Assembly (NCBI GenBank): GCA_046086425.1
Contig: JBJSXO010000060.1
Coordinates: forward strand, 1 to 44,295
Direction: 5' to 3'
Origin: Actinomycetota bacterium
GTDB lineage: Bacteria; Actinomycetota; Acidimicrobiia; IMCC26256; PALSA-555
DNA: 44,295 nucleotides
The notes beneath the pieces were generated by a model that saw nothing but the letters and a program-made list of their open reading frames with translations, was not told the DNA's origin and did no database searches. The position numbers were made by a program, and so were the translations under genes. Shown piece by piece: positions 16,064-24,318 of the stretch; position 1 is the stretch's first letter, and each line of letters starts with the position of its first letter.

Positions 16064-16942
16064 TCAGCCCCGGCGAACCGCCGCAAGCGTCGTCGTGATG
16101 TCGTATCTGATCACACGCATACGGAGCCGATCACGGTAGTCGCGGTCGTTGAAGGTGTGCGTGCGAATCCCAACTGCTCGTAGGCGTCTGCGGAACCGCC
16201 GGTCGGTGTCGGGGTCGATCTTGCCGACGTCGTCCCACATCCCGTAGTAGCCGGTGATCGAGGTGACCAATCCGGCCTCGATCAGATCGTCGACGACGTA
16301 CTCCTCCGCTCCTTCGATGTTCATCCGCAGCACGACGGGCGTCGGCCCGTGCACCGCGAGGTACTCGGCGAGCACCGACGAGAGGCGGACCGCAGGAACG
16401 ACGTCGAAGTCCTCGCCGCGCACCGCGAACAGCGAGTCGGCTTTACCGGAGCCACCACTGCGGTAGAGCCGCACGGTGGGCTCGGCGTAGTCGGCGCCGA
16501 TGAGCGCGACGTTGCGGAGGTCGACCGACGGCGCGCCTGCCAGGGTTGCGGCGACGACCGCGAAGTGATCGGGGCTCGCCTCGAAGCCGAGGACGTCGAG
16601 GCGAGTCAGGGAACCGAACCAGTCCTGCATGGTTCGCAGCTCCCGGCCCTCGCGGTGGAGGCCACAGTCGATGTACAGGACACGCGGTGGAAGGTGCAGT
16701 GGCCGCCGTCGCAGCGCCCGCGGGCCGAGGTGACGCAGCCGCCGGAGCACTGCTCGCACCGCAAGCAGCACGGTGTCCATCCGGATCACGGATCGGACCA
16801 TCCGCGCGCCGCCGGGCACGCGATCGAGCCGGTCGACGAGGTCGGCGTTCCACAGCTTCTGGTGCAGGTCCCAGATCCGCCAACGGCCGGCATCGGGGTG
16901 GTCCGGGTCAGGCGCTGACGCGGATCTCCGCGACGTCGCCAT
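16064..16942 (-). CDS. Putative FkbM-like SAM-dependent methyltransferase
   Basis: VLYIDCGLHREGRE...LDVLGFEASPDHF...VRLYRSGGSGKADSLF...VVLRMNIEGAEEYVV resembles the Methyltransf_21 layout. The start is uncertain (ATG 16942 or ORF start 16999). Confidence 0.45.
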   Translation of the reverse strand: MATSRRSASAPDPDHPDAGRWRIWDLHQKLWNADLVDRLDRVPGGARMVRSVIRMDTVLLAVRAVLRRLRHLGPRALRRRPLHLPPRVLYIDCGLHREGRELRTMQDWFGSLTRLDVLGFEASPDHFAVVAATLAGAPSVDLRNVALIGADYAEPTVRLYRSGGSGKADSLFAVRGEDFDVVPAVRLSSVLAEYLAVHGPTPVVLRMNIEGAEEYVVDDLIEAGLVTSITGYYGMWDDVGKIDPDTDRRFRRRLRAVGIRTHTFNDRDYRDRLRMRVIRYDITTTLAAVRRG

Positions 16943-17169
16943 CGGCCACGACGTCGTCTTCCCCCTCCACCCGGGGCTCCTGCCATCCGCCACCCGCACC
17001 CACGGATGATACGGGCAATCCGAAGACGCCTTGCCGGCCCCGAACGGCGTGCACCGCCGGGGCCGTCTCGGCGCACGGCCTCACGTCGGTCGATGACTTC
17101 GCTGACCGGCTCGGAGATCCGGGCGTGGTGGCCTGCGCCGTGGACTCGTGGGGTCAGGTCTCGGGTCGA

Positions 17170-17745
17170 CTACGCCCTTGTCTCGGGGAGGGCAGGGCGG
17201 TCGTCCCAGATGTTGTTGCAGCGCTCGCACACCTGCTCGGGAACGAGTCCGAACCGCATGAGCACCGCGAACACCTTGCAGCCCAGACAGAATCCGAGGA
17301 ACGCCTCCAGGCTTGCTGCGACGGTCAGCGCGGCAATCAGCACGTACGTCGCGGTGGTGCGGCCGAAGCCGTACGCGAGCACGAGCGCGCTGACGGTGAA
17401 CGTCGCGCCGATTCCCTGGGCGAACCGCTTCGGTGGTCCCGGCACCGGTCTGGGTGCGATCGGCAGGCGGGGCACGATGACCCGCGTGACCAACTGGCCG
17501 AGCGGGCTCAGGGTCGGGCCGGTGAGAACGCGGGCCACGAACCCGTAGGCCAGCACCCAGAGCATCCACTCGACCCGGAACACCAGGGTCACCACGGCGA
17601 GAGTGACGACACCACCCGCGACGAGGCGCGCTGCCACCTCGTTCACCGGGTCGGGGAACGAGAGCAGTCGTGTCCACCCACGGGGACCGGCTGCGCTGCG
17701 CTCCCCGGCGGCGACGTCGGGTGCGTTCACGCTCGGCGGCGTCAT
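17170..17745 (-). CDS. DUF4395-like membrane protein (191 aa)
   Basis: Four hydrophobic helices and the Cys motifs FLGFCLGCKVF and CERC. The ATG at 17745 overlaps the upstream stop (ATGA). Confidence 0.65.
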   Translation of the reverse strand: MTPPSVNAPDVAAGERSAAGPRGWTRLLSFPDPVNEVAARLVAGGVVTLAVVTLVFRVEWMLWVLAYGFVARVLTGPTLSPLGQLVTRVIVPRLPIAPRPVPGPPKRFAQGIGATFTVSALVLAYGFGRTTATYVLIAALTVAASLEAFLGFCLGCKVFAVLMRFGLVPEQVCERCNNIWDDRPALPETRA

Positions 17746-18464
17746 TGCTTCGCCGCCTTCTCGAAGGTGCCCTCGAGGTGCCAGACGCCGGTGAATCTGT
17801 CGAACGGGCCTCCGAGGATGGCGCTGGACCAGTCGAGGGTGAACTCGCCGGTCTTGGCGTCGAAGGTACCGGTCGGGCCGGCGGTGCCGGTCGGCTTCGA
17901 GCCGTCGGGCTTCGGTGAGCCCTGGTTGAAGTACTGGTTCGAGTAGGCCACGCCGAAGGCTGACAGGTTGCCGCCGAGCTTGCCCTTCCTGTTCACGGTG
18001 ATCCGGGGCGTCTTGGTCGCCGCGTCGGTCTGTGGGTCGGTCGGGTTGGTGGACACGGCGAACCCGACGCCGAAGAACTTGGTCGGTGCCAGGATCGTCG
18101 CGGCGACGCCGTTGCCTGCGCTGTCGAACGCCGGGGTGGGCTGGGGCTGGTACTTCCCCGTAGTCAGACCTCGGGTCCCTGCGCTCAGCAGGCTGTAGGT
18201 CTTGTCGGACGCCAGCGAGTCCGCGTTCGGCACGAAGGGGCCGGCTGCGACGGAGCCGCCGGGCTGCACCATGCGGAAGTACGAGCCGGTCGGCACCGTG
18301 CCGCTGTCGGCCGGGGTACCGCTGGTGACCGTGAAGGTGCCGACCAACGCCTTGGATCCACCGGATCCGCTTGCTCGCTTCTGCGCGCTGGCTGGTGCTG
18401 CCACGATCGCGGTGGCGACGACACCGCACAACAGTGCACCGACAACACGGGTTCGGAACTTCAT
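17742..18464 (-). CDS. Secreted Gly/Thr/Pro-rich protein of unknown function (240 aa)
   Basis: The ATG at 18464 gives the signal peptide MKFRTRVVGALLCGVVATAIVAAPASA. The ATGA overlap with the upstream gene is at 18461-18464. No family recognised. Confidence 0.65.
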   Translation of the reverse strand: MKFRTRVVGALLCGVVATAIVAAPASAQKRASGSGGSKALVGTFTVTSGTPADSGTVPTGSYFRMVQPGGSVAAGPFVPNADSLASDKTYSLLSAGTRGLTTGKYQPQPTPAFDSAGNGVAATILAPTKFFGVGFAVSTNPTDPQTDAATKTPRITVNRKGKLGGNLSAFGVAYSNQYFNQGSPKPDGSKPTGTAGPTGTFDAKTGEFTLDWSSAILGGPFDRFTGVWHLEGTFEKAAKQ

Positions 18465-19669
18465 TGCACGGGCCACGGGTCCTCCTCGGACGTCTTGGGG
18501 GTGTCGGTACTGGTGCGGTGCAGCAGGAAGGCGGCCGTCACGGCGACGGCCAGTCCCGGGATCAGGAAGAACCACGGGAACAGAGGGAACGGCGGGAGTG
18601 CGTCGACCGCCGCGTAGTTGTCGAGGGTGTCGGCCATCACGCCGACCATCGGAGCGAGCTCACGGTTGATGGTCGGCCACTCGGCGTTGAGCTGCGCAAC
18701 TGCAGGCACGGCGTCGGGGGCAAGGCCCGATGCGGGGAGCGCGCCGGTGCGGAGTTCGCCTTCGCCCGTGCCGATGGTGATGAAGTACCCCTGGACGGTC
18801 GTGACCTTCTCGCGGGTCATGAGCGGACGGAAGTCGTCGATCATCGCCCCGCCGCCCGGCGCCCGGGTGAACATCTGGAAGACCAACGGCGCGGCCACGA
18901 GTCCGACGCCCACGACGACGAGCAGGACCAGGCCACCCCGGCCGGCCTGCCCTCGCCGTCGGGCCACCAGCGCCCAGCCGGCCCCGCCGGCGACGATGAT
19001 CCCGGGAAGAACGAAGAACCACGGGAACAGCGCGAACGGCGGCAGCGCCGCGACTCCTTCGTACCCGTCCAGGTTGCGCTGCATCCGGTCGAGCATGTCG
19101 GTCATGTCCGCGTCGATCTCAGGCCATGCGTCCTCGAAGCTGCGCACGAACGTGAAGCGCTCGTCGTACGCCGCGCGGTCCACTCCCAGGGCAGCCGCGG
19201 CCGAAGGGTCCACGGTTGCGCGCGCCTCGGCGACTGCGTCACCGATCACCACGAGGTACTCGCGGAACTGGTCGATCTTCGCCTGCTTCATGTACGGCTG
19301 GAACTCGTCGATCATCACGCCACCCTTGGGCGCCCGATCGAACATCCCGAACGCCGCGGGCGCCAGCACCAGACCGACCCCGAGCACGAGCAGCACCCAC
19401 AACGCAGCCTCGACCGACCGGTCGGCACGGCCGCGACCCCCGACCCGGTTCGCGGGACCTGCGCCCAGACCACCGGGGGGACGGATGGTCGGGGGCAGGT
19501 CCCGAGATCGTGACGCCGGGTGCAGCGAGGAGGGAGTGGACAAGAGGAAGCCTTCGAGAGAGCGCCCGAGGACGGGCGGAGTGCGAAGCGCCACCGGGCC
19601 AGAAGGCCCGGCCGGGATCAGTGAGCCCGACAGCGCTCGTCGAAGGTGAACCGCGTCAGCTCGCCCCAC
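18461..19669 (-). CDS. Membrane protein built from two tandem homologous halves (each TM - soluble region - PPFxLFPWFF TM); start uncertain
   Basis: The halves map to about 19402-18932 and 18931-18464. Possible starts are GTG 19669, GTG 19594 and TTG 19402 (GAGG lies 5 nt upstream of the last). The region 5' of 19402 has weaker third-position G/C bias. Confidence 0.6.
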   Translation of the reverse strand: MGRADAVHLRRALSGSLIPAGPSGPVALRTPPVLGRSLEGFLLSTPSSLHPASRSRDLPPTIRPPGGLGAGPANRVGGRGRADRSVEAALWVLLVLGVGLVLAPAAFGMFDRAPKGGVMIDEFQPYMKQAKIDQFREYLVVIGDAVAEARATVDPSAAAALGVDRAAYDERFTFVRSFEDAWPEIDADMTDMLDRMQRNLDGYEGVAALPPFALFPWFFVLPGIIVAGGAGWALVARRRGQAGRGGLVLLVVVGVGLVAAPLVFQMFTRAPGGGAMIDDFRPLMTREKVTTVQGYFITIGTGEGELRTGALPASGLAPDAVPAVAQLNAEWPTINRELAPMVGVMADTLDNYAAVDALPPFPLFPWFFLIPGLAVAVTAAFLLHRTSTDTPKTSEEDPWPVQ

Positions 19670-19738
19670 GTGTCGTTCGCAGTGCGAGACCCGGCGCGCA
19701 ACCAGACGGCGGCCCGGGGAGTGCGGTTCATGGGCGAG

Positions 19739-19767
19739 ACCCTACGCGCTGATTCCCGACCTTGCAA
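19739..19767 (-). promoter_or_regulatory. Candidate sigma-70-type promoter (TTGCAA-17 nt-TAGGGT) upstream of the 17170-19669 operon
   Basis: On the minus strand, TTGCAA is at 19767-19762 and TAGGGT at 19744-19739, 7 nt before an ATG at 19731. The region is AT-richer than its surroundings. Confidence 0.3.
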
Positions 19768-19821
19768 GTCGTATTTGACCCCGGGACGCAGCTCCCGCTG
19801 CGTGGCCGGCTCGTGCTCGCC

Positions 19822-21333
19822 TCACGCCGGTTCTGCGTCACCATGGAGGTCCGGGAACACGAGCAGCTCCGGATCCGCAAGAGCCAGCTCGCCCCGCTCG
19901 CGGGCCGTATGCCGGGGAAGCCCGAACATCAACAGCACCTGCACGGCGGCGAACACGAGCGTGATCCACATGACCCATTCCAGCCCGTCGAGGTAGGGCT
20001 GCAGGCCGTCGCTGCCACCGACCGCTGCGTAGAAGGCGACCCCGTACACCGCGATCCCGATCGCGCTCGAGAGCTGCAGCCCCGTGGACTGCACCCCGGC
20101 GGCGCTGCCGGCGTCAGACCGGGGCACATCGGAGAGCACGATGGCCACGGTTGCGGCGATGGAGATGCCCAGCGAGAACCCCACGAGAACGAAGCCCGGG
20201 ATCAGAGTGACGACGTCGACCGACCCTGCGCCGCCCGAGATGGCGACGAGGAGCACCGCCGCCGCGAGCGCAGTGCTCGCGGCGCCGAACGCAACGGTCA
20301 GACGACCGAAGCGCCGTAGCAGCGGTGCCGTGACGAGTGACCCGGCCATGTTGGCCAACGGCATCGGACACGCGATGAGTGCTGCTTGGAATGCGTCCTT
20401 GCCGAAGCCGATCTGCACCGTGAGGATCAAGTAGAGCGGTGCAGCGGCAGCGATGAGCCCGACGAGCAGGGTGATCGCGTTACCCACGCGAAACGAGCGG
20501 ATGCGGAAGAGCTCGGGGTTCACGAGCGGTGAGTCGCCGCGCCGGACGAGCCGCCGCTGGTACGAGAGGAACGCAGCAAACACGGGAGCGGCCGTGGCGA
20601 GCACCACGAAGATCCACGTCGGCCAACCCACGCTCCGCCCCTTGATCAGCGGGAACATCACCAGCAACGACACGCACGCGAGAAGCACGGCGCCCGGGAT
20701 GTCGAGCCGGCCGGTGGCCTCGGAGGGCAACGGCGGGATCGCACGGCGAGCGACGAACCACAGCGCAAGCGACGGAAGAATGAAGGGCAGGAACGCCCAC
20801 CGCCACCCGAGCCCCCACACGTCCGCCGCCATGAGCGCGCCGCCGAGCAACTGGCCGACGGTGAACCCCGCCCCGGCGGCGGTGAGGAAGACGGTGAACG
20901 CGCGCGTGCGCGTGTGGCCCCGATACGTGCGCTGGATGACCGCTGCGAGCTGCGGGGCCATGCACCCACCCGCAAACCCCTGGAGCACCCGTCCGATGAG
21001 CAGCACCGGAATGACCGGCGCGACAGACTCCACGCACAGTGCCACGATGAAGAGCCCGTACCCGAACATCAGCATGCGCCGGGGCCCGAACAGGTCGCCC
21101 AGACGTCCACAGAGCACGAGCACGAGCGAGAACGCCAGCGCGAACAACGACGCGAACCACTGGAGATCGGAATTGCTGGCGTCGAGTCCCGACTGGATCG
21201 ACGGCAGCGCCATCGTCGTCGATCCGTTCAGGAGCACGTTGACGAACTGCATCCCGACGACGACGACGAAGGCGGGCTGGCCCAGCGACACCGGGTTCTC
21301 GGTATCGATGGCGCGACGACGCAGGGCACTCAA
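19822..21333 (-). CDS. MFS transporter, DHA2-like (503 aa)
   Basis: 14 predicted hydrophobic segments. LQWFASLFALAFSLVLVLCGRLGDLFGPRR matches the DHA2 motif region. The start is a TTG. The gene lies downstream of a co-oriented TetR. Confidence 0.75.
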   Translation of the reverse strand: MSALRRRAIDTENPVSLGQPAFVVVVGMQFVNVLLNGSTTMALPSIQSGLDASNSDLQWFASLFALAFSLVLVLCGRLGDLFGPRRMLMFGYGLFIVALCVESVAPVIPVLLIGRVLQGFAGGCMAPQLAAVIQRTYRGHTRTRAFTVFLTAAGAGFTVGQLLGGALMAADVWGLGWRWAFLPFILPSLALWFVARRAIPPLPSEATGRLDIPGAVLLACVSLLVMFPLIKGRSVGWPTWIFVVLATAAPVFAAFLSYQRRLVRRGDSPLVNPELFRIRSFRVGNAITLLVGLIAAAAPLYLILTVQIGFGKDAFQAALIACPMPLANMAGSLVTAPLLRRFGRLTVAFGAASTALAAAVLLVAISGGAGSVDVVTLIPGFVLVGFSLGISIAATVAIVLSDVPRSDAGSAAGVQSTGLQLSSAIGIAVYGVAFYAAVGGSDGLQPYLDGLEWVMWITLVFAAVQVLLMFGLPRHTARERGELALADPELLVFPDLHGDAEPA

Positions 21334-21505
21334 CGGTGGAATCGGTGCTGTACCGCGGGGCTGACCGGGGCGAACGTGGCGCTCACGTCATGATCCTCGC
21401 GCATGCCCGTCGGCCCGGCGACTCACCCCGCCGGCCGGCAACGTGACGCAGGTCCCGGCGGAGTCGTCGCCTGGCGGGTGGACACCGGTGACACTGCGAG
21501 GCACC

Positions 21506-22045
21506 TCAGGAGCGGCGCTGGATTCCGTTCGCAGCCCGCTCGGCCGTCTCCGGTCCTGCGAGTTGGCGCAGGAGGAGCAGGCCGTCGAGTACGGCGATCG
21601 CAGCGACGGCTTCGGTCCGGCGACGTTCGGCGTCACCGGCAATCGACTGCTCGGCCCAGGTGATCCACCCGTCGACGAGACCGGCGGCCATCGACCGGTA
21701 CGGCTCCACTCCCACAGCCGCAAGTCCGCTCGCCTCGAAGTAGACGGCGAAGACGGGATCGGCCTTACGGCGGGCCAGGGTCGGCCACACCGCCTCGACG
21801 AAGGCGAAGTGGTCCCGCACGGGATCGGCGAGCGCGGGACCGAGTGCCGCCTGCAACTGTCCACCGATTGCTCCGAGCACAGCTCCGACCAGGTCGTCTT
21901 TCGTCGGGAAGTAGTAGACGACGATCCGATCGCTGATGCCCAGGCGGCGGGCCAGCGCGCCGAAGGTGAGGCGACTCAGGCCTTCGGCGAACACTGCGGC
22001 GATGGCGCCCTCGAGGATCTCTTCCCTGGAGTGTCGGTATCCCAT
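21506..22045 (-). CDS. TetR/AcrR-family transcriptional regulator (179 aa)
   Basis: SREEILEGAIAAVFAEGLSRLTFGALARRLGISDRIVVYYFPTKDDLV is a TetR HTH. Confidence 0.85.
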   Translation of the reverse strand: MGYRHSREEILEGAIAAVFAEGLSRLTFGALARRLGISDRIVVYYFPTKDDLVGAVLGAIGGQLQAALGPALADPVRDHFAFVEAVWPTLARRKADPVFAVYFEASGLAAVGVEPYRSMAAGLVDGWITWAEQSIAGDAERRRTEAVAAIAVLDGLLLLRQLAGPETAERAANGIQRRS

Positions 22046-22082
22046 CGCGGATCGACTGTACGACGCAGCCCCACCCCATTAT

Positions 22083-22098
22083 TGTAGTGATCACTACA
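22083..22098. promoter_or_regulatory. Perfect 16-bp palindrome TGTAGTGATCACTACA, candidate TetR operator
   Basis: It lies in the 69-nt divergent gap between TetR (start 22045) and the hydrolase gene (start 22115), in an AT-richer patch and 17 nt upstream of the hydrolase ATG. Confidence 0.6.
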
Positions 22099-22114
22099 TT
22101 ACGTGGGAGGCGAC

Positions 22115-22987
22115 ATGCCGCTCGATGCCGAAGACGCCAGCGAACTGTTCCGTCGGGAGCCCGAACGGTTCCTCGACATGGGCGACTCCGAGGTCGCATA
22201 CCGAAGGGTCGGCCAGGGCCCCGACGTGCTGTTCGTGCACGGGTGGCCCGTGAGCAGCGCGACATTCCGCGTGTTGCTGCCACATCTGGCCGATCACGTC
22301 ACGTGCCACCTGATCGACCTGCCGGGAGCGGGTTCGAGCCGGTTCACCGCCGACTCCACACTCACGCTCCAGAACCACATCGACAGCGTCCGGCGCGTGG
22401 TCGATCTGCTGGGACTCGACGACGTCGCCGTGGTGGGACACGACAGTGGCGGACTCATCGCCCGACACGCCATGGCCGGTGATCCCCGCCTGCGAGCGAT
22501 GGGGCTGATCGACACCGAACTCGCCGCGCACAACGGCTGGAAATTCACCGCCTTCGTCGCCAGCCGCCACCTGCCCGGCTTCGGCCGGGCCCTCGGATGG
22601 GCTGCGGGCAAGCCACGGGTGCGCAAGAGCCGTCTGATCTTCGGCGACGCCTTCCACGACCGATCGCGGCTCGACGGCGAGTTCGCCGACTTCTTCTTGG
22701 AGCCGCTGCACAACTCCCCCACCCACCTCAGCGCAGCGACTCGCCTGCTGAAGAGCTACGACCCCGCCCTGGTCCACCAACTCGAATCGATCCACTCCCG
22801 GATCGACGTACCGGTCGTCTTGGTCTGGGGAGAGCACGACCGCTTCTTCCCCATGAAGAGAGCTGAGACGATGGCACGCGAGTTCCCCACCGCGCACCTC
22901 GAGGTCATTCCCCACGCCGGGCTCTTCGCCCACGAGGAGAACCCCCTCGACGTCGCCCGCGCGCTCCTTCCCGCCATCGTTCCCTGA
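22115..22987 (+). CDS. Alpha/beta hydrolase with an Asp nucleophile (epoxide hydrolase / haloalkane dehalogenase-like)
   Basis: VLFVHGWPVSSATF, VVGHDSGG (Sm-x-Asp-x-Sm-Sm elbow) and the C-terminal HAGLFAHEE His motif. GGGAGG lies 4 nt before the ATG at 22115. Confidence 0.75.
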   Translation: MPLDAEDASELFRREPERFLDMGDSEVAYRRVGQGPDVLFVHGWPVSSATFRVLLPHLADHVTCHLIDLPGAGSSRFTADSTLTLQNHIDSVRRVVDLLGLDDVAVVGHDSGGLIARHAMAGDPRLRAMGLIDTELAAHNGWKFTAFVASRHLPGFGRALGWAAGKPRVRKSRLIFGDAFHDRSRLDGEFADFFLEPLHNSPTHLSAATRLLKSYDPALVHQLESIHSRIDVPVVLVWGEHDRFFPMKRAETMAREFPTAHLEVIPHAGLFAHEENPLDVARALLPAIVP

Positions 22988-23153
22988 AGGTGTGACGGTG
23001 TGGTTCCGGGCGTCGACACCGAACCAGACCGTTGTGGCCTGTGCGATCCACGACGTTTCGGAGCCGGAGCTCCTGGGCACCGTTTCGTGGCGTGGCTCTT
23101 GTTGCTTGCCCGGAGCATGGTCTCGCGCCGAGTCGCTCGCCGGCCTACATCCC

Positions 23154-23801
23154 CTATTCCGGGTCGGGGAGGTCCCCGGCCTTCGCCAGGCGGGGCCGCA
23201 GGAAGCCGGTCCAGGCGAACCACCCCACGGCCACCGCAATGGCAAGGATCACCACCCACTGGAAGATGCCGATCACGTTGCCGACCTCCTCCCAGCGGTT
23301 GCCCAGGATCGCTCCGGCGCCGATGAGTGCTGCGTTCCAGATCAGGCTGCCGATCACCGTGCAGATGGTGAAGGGCACGAGAGACATGCGGCGGAAGCCG
23401 GCCGGGATGGACACCACCGACCGGACCAGGGGCACGCAGCGACCGAGGAGCACCGCAGCGTTGGCCCGCTTGTCGAACCATGCCTCCGACCGGTCGAGGT
23501 CGCGCTCCTTGACCCCGACCCAGCGACCCCGGGCCACTACGAAGCGCCGCAGTCGATCAGGCCCGATCCAGGCCGCCAGGCCGTAGAGGATCCACGCCCC
23601 CACCAGGGACCCGGCGGTGGCAGCGAGGACCATGCCGACCACCGAGGCCTCGCCCTTACCGGCGTAGAAGCCGGCGAAGGGCAGCACCACCTCCGAGGGG
23701 ATCGGAGGGAAGAGGTTCTCGAGGGCGACGAGCAACGCAACGCCGGCGTACCCGATCGCCGAGATCACGTCCGACACCCACTGGCTGAGGTCACCGAGCA
23801 C
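23154..23801 (-). CDS. DedA-family (SNARE-associated/VTT domain) membrane protein (215 aa)
   Basis: YAGVALLVALENLFPPIPSEVVLPFAGFYAG...LGRCVPLVRSVVSIPAG are DedA signature motifs. GTG start with GGAAGGA 7 nt upstream. Confidence 0.85.
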   Translation of the reverse strand: MLGDLSQWVSDVISAIGYAGVALLVALENLFPPIPSEVVLPFAGFYAGKGEASVVGMVLAATAGSLVGAWILYGLAAWIGPDRLRRFVVARGRWVGVKERDLDRSEAWFDKRANAAVLLGRCVPLVRSVVSIPAGFRRMSLVPFTICTVIGSLIWNAALIGAGAILGNRWEEVGNVIGIFQWVVILAIAVAVGWFAWTGFLRPRLAKAGDLPDPE

Positions 23802-23834
23802 GCAATCGTCCTTCCTGATGCGCGTCCCGGCCGA

Positions 23835-23868
23835 CCTCCGGTCCGCGAATCGTCGTCCGGTCCGGAGG
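23835..23868 (-). terminator. Strong GC hairpin in the DedA leader / downstream of GH78 (terminator or attenuator)
   Basis: CCTCCGGtCCG - 12-nt loop - CGGtCCGGAGG: an 11-position stem with 10 base pairs and one T/T mismatch, 34-67 nt upstream of the DedA start. There is no U-tract. Confidence 0.35.
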
Positions 23869-24143
23869 GTACAGGGGCGCGCAGTGGTGCACGAGACGGC
23901 TACGACCTTCTCGCCTGGTGGGAGACACCGCAGGCAGCGCCGCCACGTTCCGCACGACCCCGGACCGCTCCGACGACACCGCGCCTACGTCGGTCACTGG
24001 CGGTAGGCGGTGGGACGTGGGCCTAACCCCCTACGCGGCGGAACGGCGCCGGTTGCGGAGGGGGGTTGAAACGCCGATCCCGCGATACGAAACGCCCTGA
24101 CCACTGGTAAGCCATCTACCCAGCGGCTTCCAGCCGTCGACCG

Positions 24144-24317
24144 TCACGATGACGTGGTGGACGAGGTCGGCCGAGAACCGCCGACAGTCGGGCTCGTCGC
24201 GGTACAGAGCGTTCTCCCCGGCCACGGGAAAGAGGCCGGTCGAACACGTGTGCCGCGCGCCCCATTGGGGTCGTCGGCCACGGTGATCGCCGGGATTCCC
24301 AGCCGATCGACGGCCGG
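24144..24317 (-). pseudogene. Possible relic of a GH3 beta-glucosidase N-terminus
   Basis: Immediately after the GH78 stop, one frame reads AVDRLGIPAITVADDPNGARG, resembling the GH3 motif RLGIPxxxxxDGPxGxR. Similarity then decays, and an FPVAGENALY stretch appears in another frame. No intact ORF is present. Confidence 0.3.
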
Positions 24318-24318
24318 T

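Noticed and set aside
23880-23960. Cobalamin-riboswitch-like strings (GGTGGGAGACACCGC, GCCGCCACG) upstream of DedA
   Set aside because: These are only loose resemblances to the B12 box and the GCCACTG core. The order and spacing do not fit the consensus on either strand.
24030-24130. tRNA- or tmRNA-like appearance (GGTTGAAAC, ...CCGCCA on the minus strand, ACCAGTGGTCAGGGCG)
   Set aside because: I could not fold either strand into a cloverleaf. There is no complementary 7-bp acceptor stem at tRNA spacing and no T-arm stem flanking the TTGAAAC. The candidate 5' and 3' ends are about 125 nt apart.
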